Shown one piece after another: positions 1 to 11,490 of a stretch of 64,000 nt of DNA (the first letter of the stretch is position 1; every line of letters begins with the position of its first letter). The stretch is from the NCBI RefSeq assembly GCF_009914755.1, contig NC_060942.1, one strand, 5' to 3'. The notes beneath the pieces were generated by a model. It did not search any database and was not told the origin of the DNA. It worked only from the letters and a program-made list of their open reading frames with translations. This DNA comes from the human T2T-CHM13v2.0 reference genome, Homo sapiens. The position numbers and the translations under genes were made by a program.

Positions 1-714
1 AGTTTGCTGTACTAACCTCATTTTTTAGTTAAGGAAAAGAGATCTCAGAGTTGAGGTACTTTCCTGAGATCACAGAAACATTCTGCAGGTGCTGAAATCC
101 TCATGTGGGGAATGGACCCGGCTGCCTGAGTTGACACCCAGGGGTGTTTCCTCTGCACCATGGTCGTCTGCTGCCAGGAATAAGAGGAAGAGGGTGGGGA
201 TAGGACTGATCCTAGTGTTGGTTAGGAAACTGGATTGAAGGTGACAGTTCTTAGTGAATCCCCAGGGAAACTGCTCAGTCATTGCATGTTTCACTTTCTC
301 CTTCATTCAGAGATGTGCACCAGTGTCTCTTTCTTCCTAGTTCATTACAGATGGAAAAACTGTGACATGAGTTCTTCCTAGCATTCTTCTTGTTAAAGTA
401 TACATGTAACCCTTTGCATTTTTCTGAGAAATTGGACTTCTCATAAATTTTCTTAAAAGAAAAATTTCTTAACTCTTTCATAGGGAAACACCAAGATACA
501 TATAGATGGTGACAGATATAAGCTTCTTGGCTTGTAATAGGAGGTCCCAGGTGGCAGAAGAGGGAAATTCAGAGATAAAATAAGGTCTAGGGATATTTCC
601 AGAGGAGCAGTGCGAGGCCAGGAGGAGTCACACCAGCTCAGGAATGGGCCTAGTATCCTTAGTTTACGTCTTTTTCACCCAAGGTATCTGCTGTGCAGTG
701 ATTAGTAAAGAGTG

Positions 715-724
715 TTCGAATCGG

Positions 725-755
<31 letters not shown>

Positions 756-1091
756 CATGTGTGTGCTGGTATGGTGAGGTTGTATGCAGCATTGGTTCGA
801 ATCAGGAGTGTGTGTGTGTGTGTGTGCATGTGTGTACTGGTATGGTGAGGTTGTGTGCAGCATTGGTTCGAATCGGGAGTGTGTGTGTGTGTGTGTTCAT
901 GCATGTGTGTGCTGGTATGGTGAGGTTGTGTGCAGCATTGGTTCGAATCGGGAGTGTGTGTGTGTGCATGCATGTGTGTGCTGGTATGGTGAGGTTGTGT
1001 GCAGCATTGGTTCGAATCGGGAGTGTGTGTGTGTGTGCGTGCATGTGTGTGCTGGTATGGTGAGGTTGTATGCAGCATTGGTTCGAATCGG

Positions 1092-1129
<38 letters not shown>

Positions 1130-2245
1130 GTATGGTGAGGTTGTATGCAGCATTGGTTCGAATCGGGAGTGTGTGTGTGTATGTGTGTGTGTACATGTGT
1201 GTGCTGGTATGGTGAAGTTGTGTGAAGCATTGGTTCGAATCGGGAGTGTGTGTGTGTGTGCATGTGTGTGCTGGTATGGTGAGGTTGTGTGCAGCATTGG
1301 TTCGAATCGGGAGTGTGTGTGTGTGTGCGTGCATGTGTGTGCTGGTATGGTGAGGTTGTGTGCAGTATTGGTTCGAATCGGGAGTGTGTGTGTGTGTGTG
1401 CATGTGTGTGCTGGTATGGTGAGGTTGTGTGCAGCATTGGTTCGAATTGGGAGTGTGTGTGTGTGTGCGTGCATGTGTGTGCTGGTATGGTGAGGTTGTG
1501 TGCAGCATTGGTTCGAATCGGGAGTGTGTGTGTGTGTGTGTGTGCATGCATGTGTGTGCTGGTATGGTGAGGTTGTATGCAGCATTGGTTCGAATCGGGA
1601 GTGTGTGTGTGTATGTGTGTGTGTACATGTGTGTGCTGGTATGGTGAAGTTGTGTGAAGCATTGGTTCGAATCGGGAGTGTGTGTGTGTGTGCATGTGTG
1701 TGCTGGTATGGTGAGGTTGTGTGCAGCATTGGTTCGAATCGGGAGTGTGTGTGTGTGCGTGCATGTGTGTGCTGGTATGGTGAGGTTGTGTGCAGTATTG
1801 GTTCGAATCGGGAGTGTGTGTGTGTGTGTGCATGTGTGTGCTGGTATGGTGAGGTTGTGTGCAGCATTGGTTCGAATTGGGAGTGTGTGTGTGTGTGCGT
1901 GCATGTGTGTGCTGGTATGGTGAGGTTGTGTGCAGCATTGGTTCGAATCGGGAGTGTGTGTGTGTGTGTGTGTGCATGCATGTGTGTGCTGGTATGGTGA
2001 GGTTGTATGCAGCATTGGTTCGAATCGGGAGTGTGTGTGTGTGTGTGTGTGTGCATGTGTGTGCTGGTATGGTGAGGTTGTATGCAGCATTCGTTCGAAT
2101 CGGGAGTGTGTGTGTGTATGTGTGTGTGTGCATGTGTGTGCTGGTATGGTGAGATTGTATGCAGCATTGGTTCGAATCGGGAGTGTGTGTGTGTGTGTGT
2201 GTGTGCATGTGTGTGCTGGTATGGTGAGGTTGTATGCAGCATTGG
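715..2245. repeat. Compound minisatellite (VNTR): 21 units of 67-81 bp, each a fixed cassette plus a variable (GT)n tract
   Basis: Unit TTCGAATCGGGAG-(TG)n-CATGTGTGTGCTGGTATGGTGAGGTTGTRTGCAGCATTGG. TTCGAA starts at 715, 796, 867, 942, 1011, 1082, 1157, 1234, 1301, 1372, 1441, 1512, 1589, 1666, 1733, 1802, 1871, 1942, 2019, 2094, 2171. Confidence 0.98.
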
Positions 2246-2479
2246 TTTGAGGAAGGAGATTAGCAGCATGTGATAATTAGCAGTAGCTGCACATCAGGCA
2301 AAACTCTGAAATTTGAATGACTTAAAAATTTATTGCTTACTGAGGTAAAGGCCCATGGAGGCTGAGAACCTCTTCTTCTTCTTGGTAACTTTACCACCTG
2401 CACATGTGGCCTCTGAGGTTCCAGTGGCAGGAAGAAGGGTGACAACGGCACGAGAGTTCTTTTTTGTTTGTTTTTGTTT

Positions 2480-2690
2480 TAGTGGAGAGATAGATCATAT
2501 ATTTGACAAGTAACCCATTGAAATTGCAACCTTCCTGGGTTTTTAATATATTACCAGAATTGTGAAACCATTACTACAAGCAGTCTTAGATTTTTATTAC
2601 CCAAAGAGACTCCATACACATTAACACTCACTCTCATTTCCCCAAACGCTTCCCAGTTCCTTCTTGTCTGCATGTGTTTATGCTTCTGGT
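2480..2690 (-). mobile_element. Old L1M 3'-end fragment
   Basis: Resembles the antisense 3' end of L1MB/L1MC-type elements (ttgtgaaaccattactacaa...attacccaaagagactccatacacattaac); highly diverged. Confidence 0.5.
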
Positions 2691-5600
2691 ATGTATATGT
2701 TTAAAACATAAAATTACAAATATACATACACATATGTATAATATAATAGAACATAAAAACACGGTGTGTATATATACATCCTGTATACAAACATATGCAC
2801 ATATCTGTATAAGAATATATGTGTGGAATAGTCCTTAATGCCTTTTAAAATCTCAAGTTCCACACCACGTCTTTCTTGATTTATTTTATATTTTCAAATA
2901 AAAGAAGCTTCCTACCTTTTTAAATTCTCTCCCCTCCCTTTGTCCCCATATACGTCTTACCTATTTCAGTAATAGTCCCCGGTTGTTAGATCCTACATGC
3001 TGTTTAGTTACTGAGAGATACTGGCTTATTTTTGTCCTAGATACAGCCTTCTTGAAAACAAAATAATCTGTTTTCCAAGTTATCTCTTTCTTCCCTTCCC
3101 TGAATGTTAGGATTCATTGCTTATATTATTCTCCATTTAAATATGCATCATACATTGAAATGTATTTATTTTGGCAATTTTAATTTCTTCATATGATTGG
3201 TGATTGTCTTTGATGATGTTTCATGCCTAGCATTTTACATAAGGAAATAATATTGGTGGTACCAAAGAATCTCCATTCCTGATAAACAGTACTAATTAAG
3301 TACAGTAGTAGCTTTTTGTTTTCTCTCCCCAGTGTCAGTAAACAATGGTGAATTTAGGAGGTGTCTGTAATGCTGTAGAAAACATGTTGGAGATCTGCAG
3401 AATTAAGGGGGTAATTTGGAACGGTTTACCCAGCTTGAAGAATTCAAAAAAAAATTGTTCCTTTTCCTTTTAACTGTCATAAAAGTGGACATTTGTGTCA
3501 GTCACCTTCAGATGTTTTCCTGTGTTATTTCAGACATGACCCAGAGCTGTTACTCTAAGGATAATTACACATTTAAGAGACTCTACAGTCCTATCCTTTG
3601 CTTAGAATGTGCTAGTGTCTCTGATACGTAAATTTTAAAGGGAAAGCTGGCTGTGGTGTACTTGAAAACATACCAACATTCTGGCCTTGAAAACAGAAAA
3701 CCTAGGTTAGGATTCTGCCTTAACCACTCACCAGCCATACAGCCTGTGTAGCCAGCTCATCATTGTGATATTTACCTTCTTCTCTGTGAATTGTGTAGCA
3801 GTCTTGACCTCAGAGGGTCATGCTTGCCTTCGAAGTCGCCAAGTCAGTGGAGGTACCTGGCATACATTAGGTGCTTACTCTTTTATTTCCTCTTACAGTG
3901 ATTGTTAGTTCACAATAGGGAATTTATATATAAAGCAAGTTTGACAATTCGGTAGTGACTCATGAGAGAAAGAAGCTTGTGTGCATACATTCACTGTCTT
4001 GCATGTATTTAGTCTAAGATCTCAGGGAAATGTAACACCCAGATTGACAGAGCCTTTGCCCAAAGCAAGTTGAAAATAGCTGGGAAAATATCTGTTGTTC
4101 TAGTCCTTTTTTATTTTTTAAAAAGGTGTTATTGTTATTTTAATTTTTAAAATATATATATTTAACATATAAAACTTTATATTTGAAAAATAAGAGTAAG
4201 TGGGCATTGCAGTATAGCTGCATTAATATTTTAATGTATTTCTTTCTAGTCTTTTTCCTAGGCATAGAGGGATTTGATTTGTTCAGTTTAATTATACTGA
4301 GCAGATTTAGTTGTACATGTGCATTTGATGACAAGCCCTGCCTGGAGATGGGAGGGAAGTAGCAGGAACTTTTCCAAAGGACTGTCTGGATGCAGGTACG
4401 AGAACTCTTCCAGAATATGAGATCCCCACTCATGAGGAACACGTTTGCGTTTCAGCTTTGACCAGAGTCTGTAGGAAAGGACATCCCTGCACCCTCTGTC
4501 TGGGGAATACCTTTCCTAGTGCCATTTACATTAATTCTGCCTCGCTTGGACGATACTTCCTATACTCCTCTCGTCAGGAGTGGATAGATACCGTATTCAC
4601 TGAGTCTTTGAATTTCTAGCGTCATTGACTGCCTTTGTGTGTGAGAGATAACAGTTATTTTCACTTCCTTGACCAATATTTCCCAAGGTATATTCCCTAA
4701 AAAATACACATGGTATAATTGAATATTATACTCAAAAGCAATTCTAATTAGAAACGTTCAGGCACTGTAGACCTACATAAAGTTCTTCTTAGAGCCTTCA
4801 AGATTCTGCAGTGCACTGTGAGATGTGTTGGCTGACTACCGTTTCCTGATCTTTTTTGTTCATGGGAATCTTTCTTCTAAGAACATCTTGCAGGATTTTT
4901 GTTATTCCACAATACCTTTGGGAAATGGTGATAAACATATTGCTCTATTTTCTTCTGGCATTTAATTTTGGTCTGTAGGAAGTCTGAGGCCAGCATGGTT
5001 TGTTTGTTTCTTTCTAGATAACCCCTCAACACCTACTTGAAATTGTATAGGGCTCTTTTTATTACTGTTCTAAAAATGACAAAGACAAAAGGAAAACAGC
5101 TCCGCGTGTGTATTCAGAAAGAGTCTAGACTTGCAGTCTGTGTTGCAAAGGATCTGACAGGGATGAAAGAGCAAGCAGAACAGTTTGCCTCAAAAACAGC
5201 ACCCCATTCCCAGCTTGCTGATTATTTCAGGGCTTGCATTTCTAATTCTGCGGGAAAGCACTGGGAGAGGAGCCCACCCCTGATTTCAGTGGCACCGTGG
5301 CGTGGAATATATGGGCCCTCCGTTGCATTTTCCATGCCATCACTCTTATCACTCTTAAAAGCCTGTATCATCACAGAAAACGCCACGGGATTCACATGTT
5401 GCCCAAATACTGGAGTTGAGCCTGGGAGCCGTTTCTAGCTACAATTCCATCTTCACATTATTTTAGAGCCCACTTAGAAGCACCTTGCGTGACAGAACTT
5501 AAAAGCCAAAGTGTCTTTGTTCCCCAGATGCTCTAAATTCAGTGGAGGCGACAGCACTTTCATTTTTGTACCACTCCTCAGTGGTAATAGGTGTGTTCTC

Positions 5601-5914
5601 AGGGATCAGCTAACACCTTCACTGCCCTCGAGTGGTACCAGAATAATTTGATATTAAAATAATAGTGCTTGGGATTTGGTATTTCTGGTTCTTCATAGAA
5701 ATGAAGCTAAAAGACCAACTTAAAAATTCATACCAGGGTTATAAAAACTACCAGCCTCATAAGGCTGATGTATTATATAAGCTAATTATTATATGAGTAC
5801 AGCACTTAAAATAGTACCAAACACATACAGACAGTGTTATGTAATATCATTATTTGTAAGATAAGGTTATTGGTTTGACCTTAATTAGATTTACTTTTCT
5901 GTCTTACTTGGTAG

Positions 5915-6093
5915 GTCAAACTGTGCTGAAAATATCCGCAAACACATTCTGCATACTGGCAAACATGAAGGAGTCAAGATGTACAACTGTCCCAAGTGTG
6001 ACTACGGGACCAACGTCCCGGTGGAGTTCCGGAACCATTTGAAGGAACAGCATCCTGACATCGAAAACCCGGACCTCGCTTACCTGCATGCTG
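5915..6093 (+). CDS. ZNF407: Internal coding exon (179 bp) of a C2H2 zinc-finger protein, probably ZNF407
   Basis: Pyrimidine tract plus TAG acceptor (AG at 5913-5914) and CTG|GTAAGG donor (GT at 6094-6095). The frame from 5916 reads SNCAENIRKHILHTGKHEGVKMYNCPKCDYGTNVPVEFRNHLKEQHPDIENPDLAYLHA, i.e. the end of one finger and a full CxxC-x12-H-x4-H finger. CpG is locally retained. Gene name is from recall of the peptide, not a search. Confidence 0.88.
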
Positions 6094-6113
6094 GTAAGGG
6101 ACAGAAACTGTGA
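6094..6113 (+). CDS. ZNF407: Possible alternative terminal extension of the exon (donor read-through, ...LHAGKGQKL*)
   Basis: In-frame GGT AAG GGA CAG AAA CTG TGA from 6093; stop at 6111-6113. Confidence 0.5.
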
Positions 6114-6939
6114 AAACTTGTTTCTAACAGGATTTCATGTGATCACAGCAGTTATAATGCTATTTGTACATTACCATGATTTATTGTAATGGAGTAGAGT
6201 ATGTGATAGTATCTGCTTCAAGACCTATAGAAAAGTACATTCCAGTTTGATCCCACTCAACTATGAAAACAGGACTTTTCAACTGTATTTTATCAAAAAA
6301 GGAAATCTGACAGAGTAATTATTTGATGACTGTAAAGTTAATAATAGTAAATATTTAAAGCATAGTTGACCTGAAATGAGAGTAGTTGTTAAATCTTCAT
6401 ATGTTGACTAATTGCTAAAATTTTAATTTTTTTTCTTAAAAAATGCTTGTGATTTGAAATGTTATGCCCTGTTTATTGACACCATCATCTTCTAGTGAAT
6501 GCCTAGAAAGAATGTGACCTGCGACCACGACCACGGAGTCAAGCGTAGTGGGTGGTAACGGTGCTGTGCGTTTCCCAGAAATTGGGAGGGGGCTGGCCCT
6601 AGGTTGGGGAAGAGCTGGTGATGGGAGCGGCTGCTAAGAGGATTCTTGCCTCTTGGGTGGCAAGTGAGGGGCTCTGGAAGGTGTCAGCGATGTGGCTGCA
6701 ACTGCAGAGTAAAGCAGATCCGTTCCTCCAGCCCGACATTTTGTTTAATTAGCAAGTATTCCTTGAGTGCCAAATTCTGTGCAGAGCAGCAGAATGATAG
6801 ATTATGGGTGCGAGGACCTCTTTGAGGAGTAAATTTAGAGAAGCCTTCCAAGATTTAGCCCAAGCAGCAGAGTTTGAATAAGGCCTGTTGATCAAGGATG
6901 TGCTTTAAGCAGATGTTTTGGGACCTGTTAGAGTTGCTT

Positions 6940-7085
6940 TTAAACCCTGCTTCTCATTATTGGCCATATGACCTCAGGCAGGCTGACCTCACCAAGCCTG
7001 AGGTTTCCCATACGTAAATCTGCATGATAGTACCTACTAATAGGGTCATTGTGAGAATTTAAAAAGATAATGGCTGTGAAGCCAG
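6940..7085 (+). mobile_element. MIR SINE remnant
   Basis: Diverged MIR core: tatgacctcaggcagg...agcctgaggtttcccatacgtaaa...gatagtacctactaatagggtcattgtgagaattt. Confidence 0.6.
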
Positions 7086-8769
7086 GAGAGTCTAGGAGTT
7101 TGAATGAACTCTCCCCAGTACCTGCTATGCTGCTGTAGGCATGAACATTTATGCCTATCTGTGCCATATGATGGGGTCGTTAGTAGTGGTGGGGATGTGG
7201 GGATTGTGATATATATCACACCAGAAATGCGAGGTTCCAGCTTCAAAATGCTTAAGCAATGTTTGTTCGCAAAATATCTATGTTATAAGAAATTGAACTT
7301 GAGTAATTTAAGTTAGACTAGTTTTCTTAATACACTTGACAATACGTGGATAGAGGCTCATTACTGTTCTTTCATATTTCTCGATTGATGTTCATATGAT
7401 TGACTTATTTAAGTAATGTCGAGTGTGTGATTTAGTAATTTTTCTGCTATCCAGGGCTGTATTTGGCAAACAAACAAAAACAGAGGTCTCTGCTCATTCC
7501 CTTTTGGTGAGGTTGTCACTGAAAAGGTTTTGAAACTAGACAGTTTATCAGCTTTAGTTCATAAAAACAGATAAAGTCGAGTTGAAATATCTCTGGCCAT
7601 AAGTGCCTATGGGTTCTTCATAAATATGGACCCATAACCTTACAGATACCAGAAACACCACCTGTGAAGGAGCTGCTCCTAGCAATGGCCAGGCCACAGG
7701 GACCAAATCCATGGTGGGCATCAGCAAAGTGTCCTCCTCGAGGTGGCCTTGCTCTGCCTCCTTTCCAGGTGCAAGATTGACATATCTGTCTCTCTCTTCC
7801 ATTACCAGTTACACATGAAAAACGGATTGTTCCCTAAAGTACAGTGAGTAAATAAGAGAAAAATAAAAACATTACTTATCTTTAAAAAAAAGAAGACTGT
7901 AAATACTGTGATTTGGTTGAGATAATATAAAGTTCAGTTGAGATAATATTTGGGAATTCATATATTAAAGTGAGGTATTTTATTTTTTATTTGAAAACAG
8001 TTCTGCAGAAAGGGGTTTGTGTGCAAATGTGCTATACCCTTGGTATCTCTACATTGGTGTATAACTGCAGTTACGTGATGTAATTCACGCAAGTAACACA
8101 AAACTGGAGTTCAGTGGAGACCCTGATTCAAGTCTCTATGTAAAGACAGGCGTCTCGGAGCTTCAGATTCCTTATCGAAGAGTCTAGGAGTTTGAATGAA
8201 CTATCCCTAGTCCCTGCTGTGCAGCTGTAGGCATGACCTTCGGGGAAGATGGGCTCCAACTTAAGCTTGATCATTCTCTTGATGTCTGGCCCTGAAAACT
8301 GCATTTTTACTCTGTGGGTCTCAGTTTTCCTCTGAAGATGGGGATAGTGATGCCTACCACACAGAATGTGTGTGCCATCTAAATGGGATCATTTATACTG
8401 TATGTAAACTGTTTGACATGATCATTTTTAGCATAAATGGTTGCACAGTTTGTTTTTCCCTCTCTAGCAGAAGTTGATGATTTATTGTATTTTTTTCAGT
8501 CCTTTTTAGCAACCAGTAAAACGATTTTTGTATCTTTTTCTATTTCATATTCCAGAGCATGAAAGACTATATGTGAGTTCTAATTTTAGTTGTTGTCAGA
8601 TAAGAAACACAAGACAAAAGTGGTTTCTTTATTTTTTTTAACCATGGATTATTATTTGTAAACGTAATATTCCATTTCCAGGTAGTTTGAGACTTTCTGG
8701 TTATCTTTTTTTTTTTTTTAAACTATTGAACTAATAATGCAAATCCACTACCAGCTTAAATTTACTGTT

Positions 8770-9739
8770 TTTACAGAATATAATATGAATTATTTTAATT
8801 CTTTAAAATTTGTGTAGACTTTTTTATGCCCAGCAAATGGTGAGTTTCGGTAAATTTTTGAGACACATTAGGAAAGAATACTTGGCACCAGTGGTGTTTG
8901 TTCCCTGTCTGTCGGTTACAATGTTTAGTTTGTTCACTGTGTTGTTCAGATTGTCGTATTCTTAGTGCTTTTTAAAATGCCGGTTCTGTCAGCTGTTAAG
9001 AGGAGTATGTTAAAGTTTCCTACTATAATTGTGGATTTATCTTTTAAAATTCTGTTATTTTTGGCTTTACGTATTTTGAAAATATATCACTAAATACTCA
9101 GAACTTAGGGTTGTTTTAGATACAGACATACACATAATTATGAAATATTTCTTAGTAGCAATATCTCTTGCCATAATTCTGCATTTCATATTGGTATACC
9201 TTTCCCAGATTGCTTATAAGCAGCTTATAGTTGCATTTTGTTTATCTGCTGGGGCAGTTTTTATCTTTTACATTAAATATTTAGTCTTTTACTTTAGTAT
9301 TTGTACTTAATGTAATTATTGGTATATTCATCATAGTCAAAACTCCAAACTACCCTAATGTCCCTCAAGCAGAATGTACAAAAGTTGTATATTCACATAA
9401 TGGAATAAGTCAGTGAGAATGAATGAACTACAAGTACAAGCAGCAGTGTGAAGTAAGTCTCACAGTCTTATCACTGGATGAACCAAGCCAGTCACCAAGG
9501 AGTACGTTTTATATGATTGTGTTTATATTAAATATAAAAACAGATAAAACAACTCTATGATCTTAGAAGTCAGAGTTTATTTGCCCTTGTAGGCACCAGT
9601 CACTGAATGAAGTACAGTGGTCTAGTAAGATTCTGCTTCTTAATCCCAATACTGAGACACAGTTGTGTTCAGTTTGAGAAATTCATCAAAGTCTCTTCTA
9701 TGAGTTGTATTCTTTTCTGTATATACTTAAAAAAAAAAA
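8770..9739. mobile_element. Old L1ME-type fragments (antisense piece about 8770-9325, then a sense 3' end with A-tail about 9325-9739)
   Basis: L1 3'-end phrases (aatgtccctcaagcagaatg, gaatgaatgaactacaa, atatgattgtgtttata) ending in an A run near 9729-9739. Confidence 0.55.
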
Positions 9740-10869
9740 CACCTTTCTCCACATCCAAGTTTCTGAAGAGCTTCATTTAGGCCCAATCTAGGTCTAATAT
9801 GATGAGATTTTACAGTCACATTAATCTTCACAAAATTGACATCAAATTAAAGATAGGTTTCTGTCATTGTACAATTTTTCTTCTATTTAGTAAAATCTAT
9901 TTCATCTCAAAAATTATCTTGATTTGATCTCTTCAGTTTTAACAATTATATTTCTACCATGTTGCCCATCCATAAATAAGCTTGGTACTCATTCACTACA
10001 TTTGGACAAAGAATTAAATACATGTCTGTGTTTGCAACACCAGTGGCCTGCAGTCTGACCCCATGTGTAGTTCACTTCAGCAGGGATAGCTCAGAATGCT
10101 TTAAATATAACCCCAGAGAAAGGGGAGTGAAGATCTGGAAGCCAGACGGGGAGGGCTGAGGAGAGGCTGCTCAGCCTTCTCTGATTGTGCCTAAGAAGAA
10201 AGAGATGTTTTTTTCTCATCATTTCCAAGCAGCAGACTTATAGTTATGCCTTACGGCTCAAGGAGCTTGTTTATTATTGAAATAGCTCTTATTGCTCATG
10301 AACGAATGCTCACTGGAAGACCCACGGGTAGTGTGGTCACTTTCTGAGCCTATGAGCAGTGCATCAAAGCTATGAAGTTGATTTAGTTATTTCTTATTTC
10401 TCTCTGAGACCTTAAATGTGGTAAGTGTTGTTGTCTTTTCCAAAGGTAATGATTACAAGGTGTTCTCTTTTCAGGGAAAATTGAGCAGTATGTAATGATA
10501 TGGTATTTTTCTTAATTTCCTTTATTTTTCTACCCTCATACTTTTGTATCACATTTAAATTAATTTTATTTTCATCAGTTTTTACATATGCTAAGACTTG
10601 GTCATATACGTATGTACATTAGATTATTACCTGTGCAGAGTGATAACACTTGAAATTATCATATTCTCTTCAAAAATTGGGGTTCTTGTATTCTTCTCTA
10701 AGATAAGCAGTTTGGTGTTCTCTATAACGTGTATTATTTAACTGTATTCCCTACATTTGCCTCTTCCCATTTATAAGAATAAGAATTTGAAAGTTTGACT
10801 CTTATCAAAACCCCAAGTCCCTTTTTCTGCCTCATTAACGTAAAACAGCTAAAGTCTTTTGTCTTAACC

Positions 10870-11490
10870 ATTACCCCTTATTTAGCAATATATTCAAATT
10901 TCCTACATAAAAAAATTTCCTTTGTCATTAATTAGAACCATTAGTGTTCAATACATAGAACCTTGTAGAATAGAATGCAGTCTTCTCCCAAATTCCTCTT
11001 GGCCCTCTATTTTTAACCCGGTTGCTTTCACCCCCTTTTGTTAGTTGGATGCCCTGACACATGTCATGACATTTTGTACAACAATTCATTTTCTGAAAAG
11101 GTCCAAAAATCTCAGAAAATCCTGACAGCTTCTCATTGGTTCTCCTTACATAAACCAATTATTACTTCAACCTAAAAAGGAACGAAATTTTTCCTGACAT
11201 GATTGCCTTTGGTAAATCCATGCTGACTCACTCCTATTAAATTGTACTTCTCCAAATGTATCATTAAGCTCATCCATAAGTATCATCTCAAATTTATTTC
11301 CTAATATAGATGTTAGATTTACAGGTCTATAATTTTCAGCCTCTCCTCTCTTTCGTGTTAACCTTCAGACTAGATTCCTTGTTTTCCAGTGTCCTGATAC
11401 TTCACCACTAACAAAAGACTTCCTAAAATAATTAACACTTCAGCAATTTGATTCTTTAACCTCAGACATCATCCTTGGGTTAATTTACTA
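10870..11490 (-). mobile_element. Ancient CR1/L3-clade LINE, ORF2 reverse-transcriptase fossil
   Basis: Minus-strand translation with frameshifts gives ENYRPVNLTSILGNKFEMI (from 11337), HLEKYNLIGVSQHGFTKG (about 11260-11205) and ILQGS...LIND (about 10970-10924), colinear with CR1 RT motifs NYRPVSLTS, SQHGFTKG and PQGSVLGP...IND. Confidence 0.85.

Noticed and set aside
715-2245. tRNA gene cluster or CRISPR array suggested by regular GGTTCGAATC repeats
   Set aside because: No cloverleaf pairing, acceptor stem or T-run terminator; the intervening sequence is (GT)n rather than unique spacers; the context is eukaryotic with no cas genes.
644-2273. Many long overlapping ORFs (up to 536 aa, HT- or CV-rich) on both strands
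   Set aside because: They are translations of the (GT)n minisatellite, which lacks stops in several frames; the products are low complexity with no domain.
2690-2825. AT/AC alternating low-complexity tract
   Set aside because: A degenerate microsatellite with no further structure.
5037-5438. 133-aa ORF upstream of the zinc-finger exon (and similar 60-150 aa ORFs elsewhere)
   Set aside because: Non-ATG start, no recognisable domain or exon boundaries; lengths are within chance expectation.
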